Shown: one piece after another, positions 35,452-44,070 of the stretch
Position numbering within the stretch: position 1 is the first letter of the stretch
How the letters are laid out: every line of letters starts with the position of its first letter
Origin: an uncultured Candidatus Bathyarchaeia archaeon
Lineage (GTDB): Archaea > Thermoproteota > Bathyarchaeia > Bathyarchaeales > Bathycorpusculaceae
Assembly (NCBI GenBank): GCA_964413605.1
Contig: CAYPSV010000001.1
Span: forward strand, 47,628 to 111,627
Length of the DNA: 64,000 bases
Reading direction: 5' to 3'
Program-made: the position numbers and the translations under genes
Notes under the pieces: generated by a model
Database searches by the model: none
Seen by the model: the letters and a program-made list of their open reading frames with translations, nothing else
Told to the model about the DNA's origin: nothing

Positions 35452-36171
35452 TTACGGAATACGGGAAAGCAAATCTATAACTGTTGTTCCAGCAAACTTG
35501 TCAAAATACCTCAAGAACATTTGGTTCTTTAAACGCCACCCTAATAGTAAGTCAAAGGGTAATATAGGTAACAGCTTGCCAAAATTCCGGACAGCTGCAT
35601 GGTCGTAAGACATTTTTCTTCCGTCAGTTCGGACAACTTTCACTCCGAAGATACGTTTACCTATGCTTTGGCCGTTAAATCCTTCTAATAGCGTAGAATA
35701 AACCCAAAGAAGAACTATGGTTATGAAAAGTATGGTGCTACTTTCTCCAAATAAGTCCGTGGATGTAAAAGGAAAAATGTATGGAAAATAGGTAATTGCC
35801 AAGGTAATAGCCAGCATAAACGCAAAATCTACTAAGAAAGCTCCAACTCTATATTCGATAGATGCAACAGGAAGTAAACTTGCCCTGCCATGTACATCAG
35901 CAGCTTCAACCCAGCCTTCAACATCATGGATAACTCTCACAGCGTTTTCGCCTGCTCTGCTTAGCTTATATTTTCCGCTTGGAGTTTGTTCGATGAAAGA
36001 AGATAAAGCACGGAGATGAAAACTTAGCTTCCCAGTATCTGCCTTTAACAAGTTTAATAAATCGGTGAAAGAAGACTCTCCATTTTCACTTAGATCTAGC
36101 AATATTTCTCTTCGCATTGGATGCGCAAGAACTGAAAGTACTTTTGAAACATTTTCTTGTTCGATGCTCAT
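35452..36171 (-). CDS. ArsR-like winged-helix protein fused to an RDD-family membrane domain
   Basis: LSVLAHPMRREILLDLSENGESSFTDLLNLLKADTGKLSFHLRAL, then YRVGAFLVDF...GQSIGKRIFGVKVVRTDG, which is RDD-like. Confidence 0.75.
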   Translation of the reverse strand: MSIEQENVSKVLSVLAHPMRREILLDLSENGESSFTDLLNLLKADTGKLSFHLRALSSFIEQTPSGKYKLSRAGENAVRVIHDVEGWVEAADVHGRASLLPVASIEYRVGAFLVDFAFMLAITLAITYFPYIFPFTSTDLFGESSTILFITIVLLWVYSTLLEGFNGQSIGKRIFGVKVVRTDGRKMSYDHAAVRNFGKLLPILPFDLLLGWRLKNQMFLRYFDKFAGTTVIDLLSRIP

Positions 36172-36313
36172 TTGCTAAACCATGGTTTAATAATTAACAA
36201 TATTTTTTTTGAGTACCATACAAAACTTCTGTCTTCAATATAAGTTCCACTCAAAAATGACCTCAAATAAATATCTAATCTAAATAGCAGAATACAACTT
36301 ATTAAATAATTGT

Positions 36314-37213
36314 ATGTCAAGCGCTGAGGTTGCAGTAAAAGTGTTCCGTGAATTAGAAAACGAAGACTTAAGAATACTTCATGTAATCGAAGCGGCAATG
36401 AGTAAACGCGAATTCGTTCCAACTGAACAAATCCAAAAATACACCAAAGTCCCCATGGATCGAATACATTTTACATTGGGCAAACTAAACAAGCTGGGTT
36501 TAATCTTTCAAAACAAAGGCGCCTATACTGGGCACACTTTGATCTATGCTGGTTACGATTGTCTTGCGATAAACAGTCTTGTCAAAGCCGGAGTCATTTC
36601 GTCTTTTGGGCAGACATTGGGAGTTGGAAAAGAAGCGGATGTTTATGATGCGCTTAGCCCAACAGGAAACCGTGTGGCTGTAAAATTTCACAGATTAGGA
36701 AGAACTAGTTTTAGGCAAACCAGGCGAAAAAGAGGGTACATACGAGAACATTCTACTTGGTTATTTCAATCGCATTTGGCAGCTGAAAAAGAGTATCAAG
36801 CTATTCAACTGGCTTATAAAAACACTGTTTCTGTTCCTGAACCAATAAGCCAAAATCGTCACGTATTAGTGATGGGGATAATTGCAGGAGCTCAATTATC
36901 TAAATACGCGGATGTGGGCAACCCGAAGACGCTTCTTATGGCGATCTTGCGCAACGTTAGAAAAACCTACCTGAAAGCTCACCTTATTCACGGTGACTTG
37001 AGTGAATACAATATCATCTTAAAACCTGATGGAAATTTGCTTATCATCGATTGGCCTCAAGCGGTAAAAACAGATCACCCAAATGCAAAGGAACTACTTG
37101 AAAGAGACATTAAGAATGTGTTGATTTTTTTCAGCCGAAAATTCAACATAGAGCTAACTTTGAAAGAAGCCTACGAATATGTAGTCGGTGAAACCAGGAG
37201 TCTAAAGTTTTAG
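36314..37213 (+). CDS. rio2: RIO-type Ser/Thr kinase Rio2 (N-terminal wHTH + RIO domain)
   Basis: LRILHVIE...REFVP, GVGKEADVY, VKFHRLGRTSFR, IHGDLSEYNI and IIDWPQ. Confidence 0.85.
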   Translation: MSSAEVAVKVFRELENEDLRILHVIEAAMSKREFVPTEQIQKYTKVPMDRIHFTLGKLNKLGLIFQNKGAYTGHTLIYAGYDCLAINSLVKAGVISSFGQTLGVGKEADVYDALSPTGNRVAVKFHRLGRTSFRQTRRKRGYIREHSTWLFQSHLAAEKEYQAIQLAYKNTVSVPEPISQNRHVLVMGIIAGAQLSKYADVGNPKTLLMAILRNVRKTYLKAHLIHGDLSEYNIILKPDGNLLIIDWPQAVKTDHPNAKELLERDIKNVLIFFSRKFNIELTLKEAYEYVVGETRSLKF

Positions 37214-37458
37214 TGCTTGTTAGCGTCCATTACTATGTACAGAATGTTGTTTCCTCGAAGTAACACATTACCGTAGTTTGTCATTAATTGGTCTTCTTTG
37301 ATTTCAGTAGCGCCTTCCAACAGTATGTTCATGTGCCCATCACACTTTATCATTTTTCCTTTGTATTCATATCCATTTTTCAGTACAACTTCAATGTTGC
37401 CATGCAGCTGTTTGATGAGTACGTTGAGAGGTTTTTTACTTGGTTCCATCATTGACAT
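37210..37458 (-). CDS. Sm-like archaeal protein (LSm)
   Basis: Sm1/Sm2 pattern: VVLKNGYEYKGKMIKCDGHMNILLEGA...VLLRGNNILYI. Confidence 0.85.
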   Translation of the reverse strand: MSMMEPSKKPLNVLIKQLHGNIEVVLKNGYEYKGKMIKCDGHMNILLEGATEIKEDQLMTNYGNVLLRGNNILYIVMDANKH

Positions 37459-37664
37459 TTTATAGAGTCACTGTCCATACCTATTATATCTGCAAGAACC
37501 TCTTACCAAATATAAAAGCCTTATGAAAAAGGGTTCTGGTAATTTCATGGTCGATGGCAGAAGTTGTTAAAAATCGGTCGGCAAATCGATTTTTTTCTGT
37601 TCTCAAAAATGACTTTTAACTTTCGGGTGATCGCCTGCCTTTCTATCTGAACTACAAACAAAAG

Positions 37665-38177
37665 TTAACTGCATATTTTGGCCTTTATTCTGGGGAAAAC
37701 TTCTTTCTGAGCTTGAACGATTCCAAAAGTTGTTATTTTGAATTTATTATTAGTATCCCTAGTTGCTAACTCATTTTTTGACAGTTCGCATAATCTTGTA
37801 CTGGTGATTTTGCAGTTTTTTCCTATTTTTGTTTGCAAAGTCTTTTTTGAAACAGAATCGCTGTCAACTAAACCAAGTCTATAACCTAAATGGTAAGCAG
37901 TTAGCAAGATCAGAAGAGCTTCATTGTCCGTAAGTTTGGTTTTAGGGACCAACAAATTTGGGCATTCAGTTGAGAAAGCTACTATTCCTGCAAGATCTTG
38001 GGCAAGCTGTTTTAAATCAACGTTAAGCTGAAGTTTCTGGGCAATCTCAAACGAGGGGACTATCTCTTTAAAGAACTTGGTTAACAATAGCCATGCTTCT
38101 TGGGGCTCAGCTGAAAATTGTTGTTCAATGTTGTGGTACTTTATAAGGAAATTAATTTTTTCTGGTTTTTGGTTCAA
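37665..38177 (-). CDS. Hypothetical protein Y (170 aa), C-terminal wHTH-like module
   Basis: ATGA-type overlap with the upstream ORF X. The C-terminus LTDNEALLILL...ITSTRLCELSKNELA...KFKITTFG resembles that of X. Confidence 0.55.
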   Translation of the reverse strand: MNQKPEKINFLIKYHNIEQQFSAEPQEAWLLLTKFFKEIVPSFEIAQKLQLNVDLKQLAQDLAGIVAFSTECPNLLVPKTKLTDNEALLILLTAYHLGYRLGLVDSDSVSKKTLQTKIGKNCKITSTRLCELSKNELATRDTNNKFKITTFGIVQAQKEVFPRIKAKICS

Positions 38178-38647
38178 CTCATTTTTCCTCTAAGTTTAGA
38201 GAGAACCTCATCCTCAATCCACTGTTCACCTTGAATTGTAAGCTTGAATTCCGGTTTACTTGGATCAGGCTTGAAGACTTGTCCACGTTTGGTCATTTCG
38301 TTGAGTCTTGCTGGAACCATGCTTTTTATGCCGCTAGATTCCAAGAGTTTTTGGATTTGAGCTGCAGTGTTTTTTCGTTCATCCGAAGCGTACAAAACCA
38401 ATCCAACCGCTTCGTAATGAGTTAGATTTTCGCGGGTAACTATTACTGGTCCTTCAGTTGTTGCCTCGACGATTCCTTTGAGTTGAGCCCCTGACGGATT
38501 TAAACGGCTAGAAACAAAGTCAGACAGTTTCTCAACAAAATTTTCTGGAATTTCGCTAAGCATGTCAAGTATTTCCTGCGAGTTTTCTCCCTCAATCACA
38601 ACTTCACCGAAAGGTGTTTTTATGCGCGCCTCAATCCGTTTCATCAA
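38174..38647 (-). CDS. Hypothetical protein X (157 aa), C-terminal wHTH-like module
   Basis: Lies 86 nt downstream of gatE on the same strand. C-terminus: LTHYEAVGLVL...MVPARLNEMTKRGQV...EFKLTIQG. Confidence 0.55.
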   Translation of the reverse strand: MMKRIEARIKTPFGEVVIEGENSQEILDMLSEIPENFVEKLSDFVSSRLNPSGAQLKGIVEATTEGPVIVTRENLTHYEAVGLVLYASDERKNTAAQIQKLLESSGIKSMVPARLNEMTKRGQVFKPDPSKPEFKLTIQGEQWIEDEVLSKLRGKMS

Positions 38648-38733
38648 TCCAACGCCCCGTCTTATAAGTAATACACTGTGCTAGTGCTTTTTAGTATTTG
38701 TTACAAGAAAGATGTTAAAAAAACAAAATGGGG

Positions 38734-40629
38734 CTAATTTAGCCTTTCTTTTAAGAGTTTGACAACAAGTTCAGGTTTGGCTTTTCCACGGACTTCTTTC
38801 ATAACCACACCTATGAGCATTCCAAACGCGTTCTTGCCAAGCTTGTCGACTTGTTCTTTGTTTTCTTCGATAACTCGGTTTATTATAGGTGTTAAGTCAG
38901 ATTCAGTGAACATTTTCAATCCCAAAGCTGCGACTGCAGACTGCAGAGTCTCGCCTTCGTTCTTTGAGAGCCAGCTGAATACTTCTGCAATGGCTTCTTT
39001 TGCGAGTTCACCTGAGCCAACAGCTTTGAATATGCTCAAGATTTGGCTATCAGTAACATTATCCACTTCTACGCTATCCCGTTTTAGTGCCTTTACCGTT
39101 TCAGTTAAGAATGCCGCAACTGTAGAGCCTGAAACTCCACTATCCTTTGCTGCTACTTCAAAGAGGATGTTGTATTCAGAATCAATCAATTGTTTAGCAA
39201 GTTTTTCATTCAATTTGTATTCTTTAATTAAACGTTCAAGCTTTGTATCTGCAGGTTCTGGCAAGTTGGCTTTAATCTTCTCGACTAATTGGTCAGTTAT
39301 GATTTGGGGCGGAATGTCTGTTTCAGGGTACATTCGAGCTGCACCGGGTCTTGGACGCATGTAGTGGGTTGTGCCGTCATCTTTTGCAGTGCGCGTTTCT
39401 GCTGGGACTCCAACAAGGGCTTCTTGGCAACGTTCTACGACTGCTTTCAAAGCATCCGTCGTGTTTTCTGCTGTGTCAGCAACTAAAACGACTGCGTCTC
39501 CTTCAGTGGCTGAAGCTGCTTTCCGAGTTGCTTGGACTTCTTCTGGTGTTATGCCGTAATTTGGCATTTCGTCGGTGTGGAATATTCCGCCGACTCTGCC
39601 CCAGAATTTGGCGCGATCAGATAGTTCTGTGCCGAAGCGGAAATTGGGCATCAATTCAAGTCCTAGCAGCCCAGTGAAACAAGACAACTTAACAGCCATA
39701 ACCTTTTGATCTTTTTCTATTGCTTTTCGGATTACTTTGGATTTGGTTTCTTTGAAAATTGCAGACACATCAACGAAATCGGGTCTAAGCGATTCTGCAA
39801 CTATACCGCGTTTTGACAGTTCCTCTTTGATGCTGATTAATCCAAGTTGTCTTTGGATTTCGTATTCAACAACTGTTGAAATCAGCTCCAATTCCTGAAC
39901 TCCTTTAATCTCGATCAAGGCACCGTTAGGCAAAGAAACATTCAGATCTTGACGAATTGTGCCTAATCCACGCATAACTTTGCCTGTGTCTCGTAGTATT
40001 CTGCCAATTGCATATGCCACTTCCTGGGCTTCTTGTGGTGAATAAATCACTGGTGCGGTTGCAACTTCAATTAACGGGATACCTAAGCGATCAATTCGAT
40101 ATCGGATTGTTTTTCCATTATCTTGGGCTCCTGTTTTCCGTGCGGCATCTTCTTCGAGGCTTGCAGCTTGCATTGGGATCATTTTTTCGCCGACTTTAAT
40201 CCAGCCATCAAGAGCGATTATGCAGGTACGTTGAAAACCTGTCGTGTTTGAGCCGTCGATGACGGTTTTGCGCATAACGTGGGCTTCATTTACAGGTTGC
40301 ATGTTCATCATAAGAGATGCAGTTAAAACGACTTCAACTGCATCGATATTAATGGGGTGTGGAGGTTCCTCGTCCATCTCAACAAGGCATGAGCTTTTAC
40401 GGTTGGCTTCGTAGAGAATTTTTATACCCTTTTGGAATTCAAAGTAAGCTGCTGGGTCAACTTGGCCGAGTTCGCTTTGTGTGGGTCTAAGCCGTCGCAA
40501 GAACGTGATTTCTGGGTTTTCTTTGAATAGTTCGGGAGGACAATTGCAAAAGAGTTTGCTGTTTACGTTTAGTTGTTGGTGGATTTCTAAACCGACTTTT
40601 AAGCCCACTTTAGCGTAATCAATGGTCAT
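38734..40629 (-). CDS. gatE: Glutamyl-tRNA(Gln) amidotransferase subunit E
   Basis: YAKVGLKVGLEIHQQL, NCPP, EMDEEPP, GFQRT, SLEEDAAR and the GatB/YqeY-like C-terminus. ATG 40629 (MTIDY) is preferred to the extended track start at 40698. Confidence 0.92.
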   Translation of the reverse strand: MTIDYAKVGLKVGLEIHQQLNVNSKLFCNCPPELFKENPEITFLRRLRPTQSELGQVDPAAYFEFQKGIKILYEANRKSSCLVEMDEEPPHPINIDAVEVVLTASLMMNMQPVNEAHVMRKTVIDGSNTTGFQRTCIIALDGWIKVGEKMIPMQAASLEEDAARKTGAQDNGKTIRYRIDRLGIPLIEVATAPVIYSPQEAQEVAYAIGRILRDTGKVMRGLGTIRQDLNVSLPNGALIEIKGVQELELISTVVEYEIQRQLGLISIKEELSKRGIVAESLRPDFVDVSAIFKETKSKVIRKAIEKDQKVMAVKLSCFTGLLGLELMPNFRFGTELSDRAKFWGRVGGIFHTDEMPNYGITPEEVQATRKAASATEGDAVVLVADTAENTTDALKAVVERCQEALVGVPAETRTAKDDGTTHYMRPRPGAARMYPETDIPPQIITDQLVEKIKANLPEPADTKLERLIKEYKLNEKLAKQLIDSEYNILFEVAAKDSGVSGSTVAAFLTETVKALKRDSVEVDNVTDSQILSIFKAVGSGELAKEAIAEVFSWLSKNEGETLQSAVAALGLKMFTESDLTPIINRVIEENKEQVDKLGKNAFGMLIGVVMKEVRGKAKPELVVKLLKERLN

Positions 40630-40630
40630 T

Positions 40631-41983
40631 TTATGCGTCTCCTTCAAATTGGAGTTTTTCTTCCTGTGGAAGACTTCGAGGCGAATATTCGCCTGCAATG
40701 TCAGTTTTAAGCAGTATTATTGCTTCTTTTGGGTTGATAGTTTGTCCCAGTGCCCACATGAGCTTAACAAGGGCAGTTTCTGGAAACATGTCATCAAGCG
40801 GGATTACGCCAAAGGAGAGCAAATCACGCCCCGTGTCGTAAACGTTCATGTTTACTCTTCCCCAGATACATTGAGATGCTAGGGCAACAACGACGTCTTT
40901 TGCCACTGCCTTTTTTATGGCCTCAAAGCAGAATTTGCTTACGTGCCCGAGTCCAGACCCCTCCAACAAAATGCCTTTCATACCTTTTTCTACGTAATAA
41001 TCGATAACGGCTGGGTTTAACCCTGGATAAAATTTCACTAATGCAACTTTTTCGCTGAAATTTGGCTTAAGTTTAAGCTTATTGTTTGGGTCTCGACGTT
41101 TGTATTTTTCTGTCTGCATGGTGACTTGTAGGTCTTTGACTCTAGCGATGGGAAAATCGTTTATGGATTTAAAGGTATCACGGCGACTGGTGTGGCACTT
41201 GCGCACTTTAGTGCCCCGATGAACAACTATTGCCGAATCTGAAACAGTTTCATGCATGGCTAAACCCACCTCGGCAAACGGTGCTTCACCTGCAGCCTTT
41301 ACTGCGCCAATAAGGTTTGTTGCTGCATCACTGCTTGGGCGGTCAGAAGAACGTTGAGCACCAACAAGGACGACTGGAACGGGCAAATTCTGCAAAGCAA
41401 AACTCAAAGCGGCTGAAGTGTAAGCCATTGTGTCTGTACCGTGGGCAATCACCACTCCATCCACACCTTGCTTGATGCGGTTTGCTACAGTTTGGGCAAG
41501 TTCAGTCCAATGCTTTGGTGTAATGTTTTCGCTGTATAGGCTAAATACGATTTCTGTGTCGACTTGCGCTACATCGCTTAGTTCAGGAACTACACCATAT
41601 AAGTCGCTGGCTGAGATTGCTGAACGCACAGCTCCAGTGCGGTAGTCCACGCGGCTTGCTATCGTTCCGCCTGTACTCATGATGACGACATGGGGCAACG
41701 TTGGGTTTTGTTTTGGTAGGGGTGGCGAAGCAAAAGTGGGTTTGGTGCCTTTGCCGATTTTTTCGATTTTAACTTCGGGTGTGGCTTGGATGCCGATGTT
41801 GTAGCCGCTTTTCATTTTGATAATGATGTCTGTGTGTTCGCCGAGTTCTGAGCGGGGAATCAGTATTCCCTCATAAATCTTGTTTTTGCTTGTTATTTTT
41901 ATGATGTCACCAATGTCACAGTCGGCTTCTTTAAGCAGATTCAACGCTTGACATTTGTAGCCTGAATGTTCGAGTTGCGTCAT
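40631..41983 (-). CDS. gatD: Glutamyl-tRNA(Gln) amidotransferase subunit D (asparaginase-like)
   Basis: VVIMSTGGTIASRVDYRTG, VIAHGTDTM and the asparaginase fold motifs. Its start overlaps the elp3 stop. Confidence 0.92.
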   Translation of the reverse strand: MTQLEHSGYKCQALNLLKEADCDIGDIIKITSKNKIYEGILIPRSELGEHTDIIIKMKSGYNIGIQATPEVKIEKIGKGTKPTFASPPLPKQNPTLPHVVIMSTGGTIASRVDYRTGAVRSAISASDLYGVVPELSDVAQVDTEIVFSLYSENITPKHWTELAQTVANRIKQGVDGVVIAHGTDTMAYTSAALSFALQNLPVPVVLVGAQRSSDRPSSDAATNLIGAVKAAGEAPFAEVGLAMHETVSDSAIVVHRGTKVRKCHTSRRDTFKSINDFPIARVKDLQVTMQTEKYKRRDPNNKLKLKPNFSEKVALVKFYPGLNPAVIDYYVEKGMKGILLEGSGLGHVSKFCFEAIKKAVAKDVVVALASQCIWGRVNMNVYDTGRDLLSFGVIPLDDMFPETALVKLMWALGQTINPKEAIILLKTDIAGEYSPRSLPQEEKLQFEGDA

Positions 41984-43581
41984 GAATTATTCAACCTTTT
42001 TGAAACATAAACTCCATCACGTTCGTAACCGAAACGCATGTAGTATCTCCTTGTTCCTAACGCACTAATAACTAAAAGCTTTTTCAAACCAAACTGCTCA
42101 GTTGCTAAACGCTCGGCTTCTTTTAGTAGCTCTGAGCCATATCCCTTATGCTGCCATGCACTCTCAGAATGCTTCCCTACGGGGACTAGTTGACCATAAA
42201 CATGAAGTTCTCGTACAATTGCTGACGGAATTGCTGTGATTTCTGCTCGATGCGCCTTTTCGGAAGGAATCCGCATGCGTAAATACCCCAATAAAACGTT
42301 GTTTTCTGGGTCTTCCGCGGAAATGAACAGTTCTTGCCCTTCCGAAGCTTCATACTGTTTGGTCAAAATCTCGACTTTTTCCAAGACAGGTTTAATGTTG
42401 TCAACTGCCAGACGATGTCCAACTTCACGACAGCGTATACACTGGCATTGGATGCCTTGTTCTTTGAGTTTTTTCTGAGCCAATTCTCGTACGTCGCTTC
42501 GCTTTACTCCGGCTAAAATCAACCTTGCAGGGATATCGCGTTGCACCCGCATAACTCGAATCCAGGGAGGGATTTCTTTTTTGATTTCGGCGATAAGATT
42601 TGTGGCTTCCTGAGTGGTGTAGGGTTGGTAAGTGCCTTTTTGGTACCATTCATATGCTCTAGTTCCTGCGATGGCTAAGCAGGGGTAAATTTTTATCATG
42701 TCAGGTTTGAACGCCTCGTCGTCGAAGATCTGTTTGAATGCTGCGAGGTCTTTTTGGGGGTTGGAACCTGGCATTCCAGGCATCATGTGGTAAACAATTT
42801 TCAAGCCTGAATCTTTGGCAATTTGTGTAGCTTCAATTACATCTGCAACAGAATGTGTTCTACCAACTAATCGGTAAATTTCGTCATTAGGATTCTGCAC
42901 GCCAAGCTCAATGCGTGTAACTCCCATTTTTAGCATTGCGTCAATGTGTAGTTGTTTAGCCCAATCGGGGCGCGTTTCCACGGTGATACCTACATTACGT
43001 GTTTTGCTGACTTCAGCGTTAGCTTTTGCCTCTTCCAGACTCTTAGATTTTTTATCTGTTAGAGCATCCAGACAACGTTGGATGAACCGTGTTTGGTACT
43101 CAATCGGAGTAGCAGGGAACGTTCCTCCCATCACAATTAATTCAACTTTATCCACCTTGTGCCCTATGGCTGTGAGTTGGCGTATACGGCTCTGAACTTG
43201 CTCATATGGGTCAAAGCTATTTTGAGAGCCGCGAAGTGCGGCCGGTTCAAACCCTGTATAACTTTGAGGTGAACCTTGGATTGGTCCACCCGGGCAATAA
43301 GCACAAGGTTCAGGCTGCGGGCAAGGGTAAGGTTGGGTCATGACAGCAATTACGGATACTCCTGAAATTGTTCGCGTTGCTTTTCTGCGAATAATCGGTA
43401 GTAACTTTTTCGCTTCGCTGTGGCTAAGAGCACTAATTAAATCTGCGTTAGCTGGCACTGCCTCTAAATGGTACTTTGCCGCTACTTTGATTTTTAGACG
43501 GTTAACATCTTCATGCGTGGCTAATGAATTAGAAAGTAAAGTGTCGATTATTTCACGGAGAGCTTTAGTGTTCAAAGCCAA
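41980..43581 (-). CDS. elp3: Elp3-type tRNA U34 modification enzyme (radical SAM + GNAT)
   Basis: RTISGVSVIAVMT.PYPCP...C.YCPGG, IELGVQ, YHMMPG.PG and the C-terminal GNAT region QHKGYG..LL..AE. TTG start. Confidence 0.9.
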   Translation of the reverse strand: MALNTKALREIIDTLLSNSLATHEDVNRLKIKVAAKYHLEAVPANADLISALSHSEAKKLLPIIRRKATRTISGVSVIAVMTQPYPCPQPEPCAYCPGGPIQGSPQSYTGFEPAALRGSQNSFDPYEQVQSRIRQLTAIGHKVDKVELIVMGGTFPATPIEYQTRFIQRCLDALTDKKSKSLEEAKANAEVSKTRNVGITVETRPDWAKQLHIDAMLKMGVTRIELGVQNPNDEIYRLVGRTHSVADVIEATQIAKDSGLKIVYHMMPGMPGSNPQKDLAAFKQIFDDEAFKPDMIKIYPCLAIAGTRAYEWYQKGTYQPYTTQEATNLIAEIKKEIPPWIRVMRVQRDIPARLILAGVKRSDVRELAQKKLKEQGIQCQCIRCREVGHRLAVDNIKPVLEKVEILTKQYEASEGQELFISAEDPENNVLLGYLRMRIPSEKAHRAEITAIPSAIVRELHVYGQLVPVGKHSESAWQHKGYGSELLKEAERLATEQFGLKKLLVISALGTRRYYMRFGYERDGVYVSKRLNNS

Positions 43582-43661
43582 AGTACCAAGTAAGGTTTAC
43601 TCTGCGGATAAATAAACTGCACTAGCTAAAGAAGATAAATAATATCTGAAAAGAAATGAAC

Positions 43662-43823
43662 TTACATCCAGTTTTGCCCGGCTTTCCGTTGCAGAATCAC
43701 ACGTTTCTCATAGTTGCGTCTGGTTCGGTTTTTGGGGCTTGGAGATGTCCTTTCTTGAGCTTGGATTTTTGGGGTTTGGGTCCTTACTTTTCCAGCTTTC
43801 GAGAGTGAACCGTGAGTTGGCAT
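43662..43823 (-). CDS. rps30e: Ribosomal protein eS30
   Basis: [20 protein letters not shown]....[16 protein letters not shown]. Internal ATG preferred to the track start at 43844. Confidence 0.85.
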   Translation of the reverse strand: MPTHGSLSKAGKVRTQTPKIQAQERTSPSPKNRTRRNYEKRVILQRKAGQNWM

Positions 43824-44070
43824 ATTTTTACACCTGTGGCTCATTAAGCAGAAACGTTACACTTAAACCTTTACCCCTTGCAATCTAACATTTAGGTAAC
43901 ACTCTTTAGCTCCCCAACCTCTTCGGTTTCCTGTAAAAATTTTATCTCTTTAACTATCACTTAGTGAAAATGACTCTTTTTCGGCTAAATCTTGAAAGTT
44001 GTCAGTACATGGACTTTTTACACCAGTATAAAACACTCGATACAATGTTGAATCTATTTGTACACTATAT

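Noticed and set aside
38759-39677. Antisense ORFs (201, 108, 65 and 62 aa) opposite gatE.
   Set aside because: They lie opposite a confidently identified conserved gene and have Ser/Ala/Leu-rich, featureless sequences. They are typical shadow ORFs.
40630-40698. Extended gatE start (MQANIRLEVFHRKK...) overlapping the gatD 3' end.
   Set aside because: MTIDYAKVGLKVGLEIHQQL is the conserved GatE N-terminus, and its ATG at 40629 sits 1 nt after the gatD stop.
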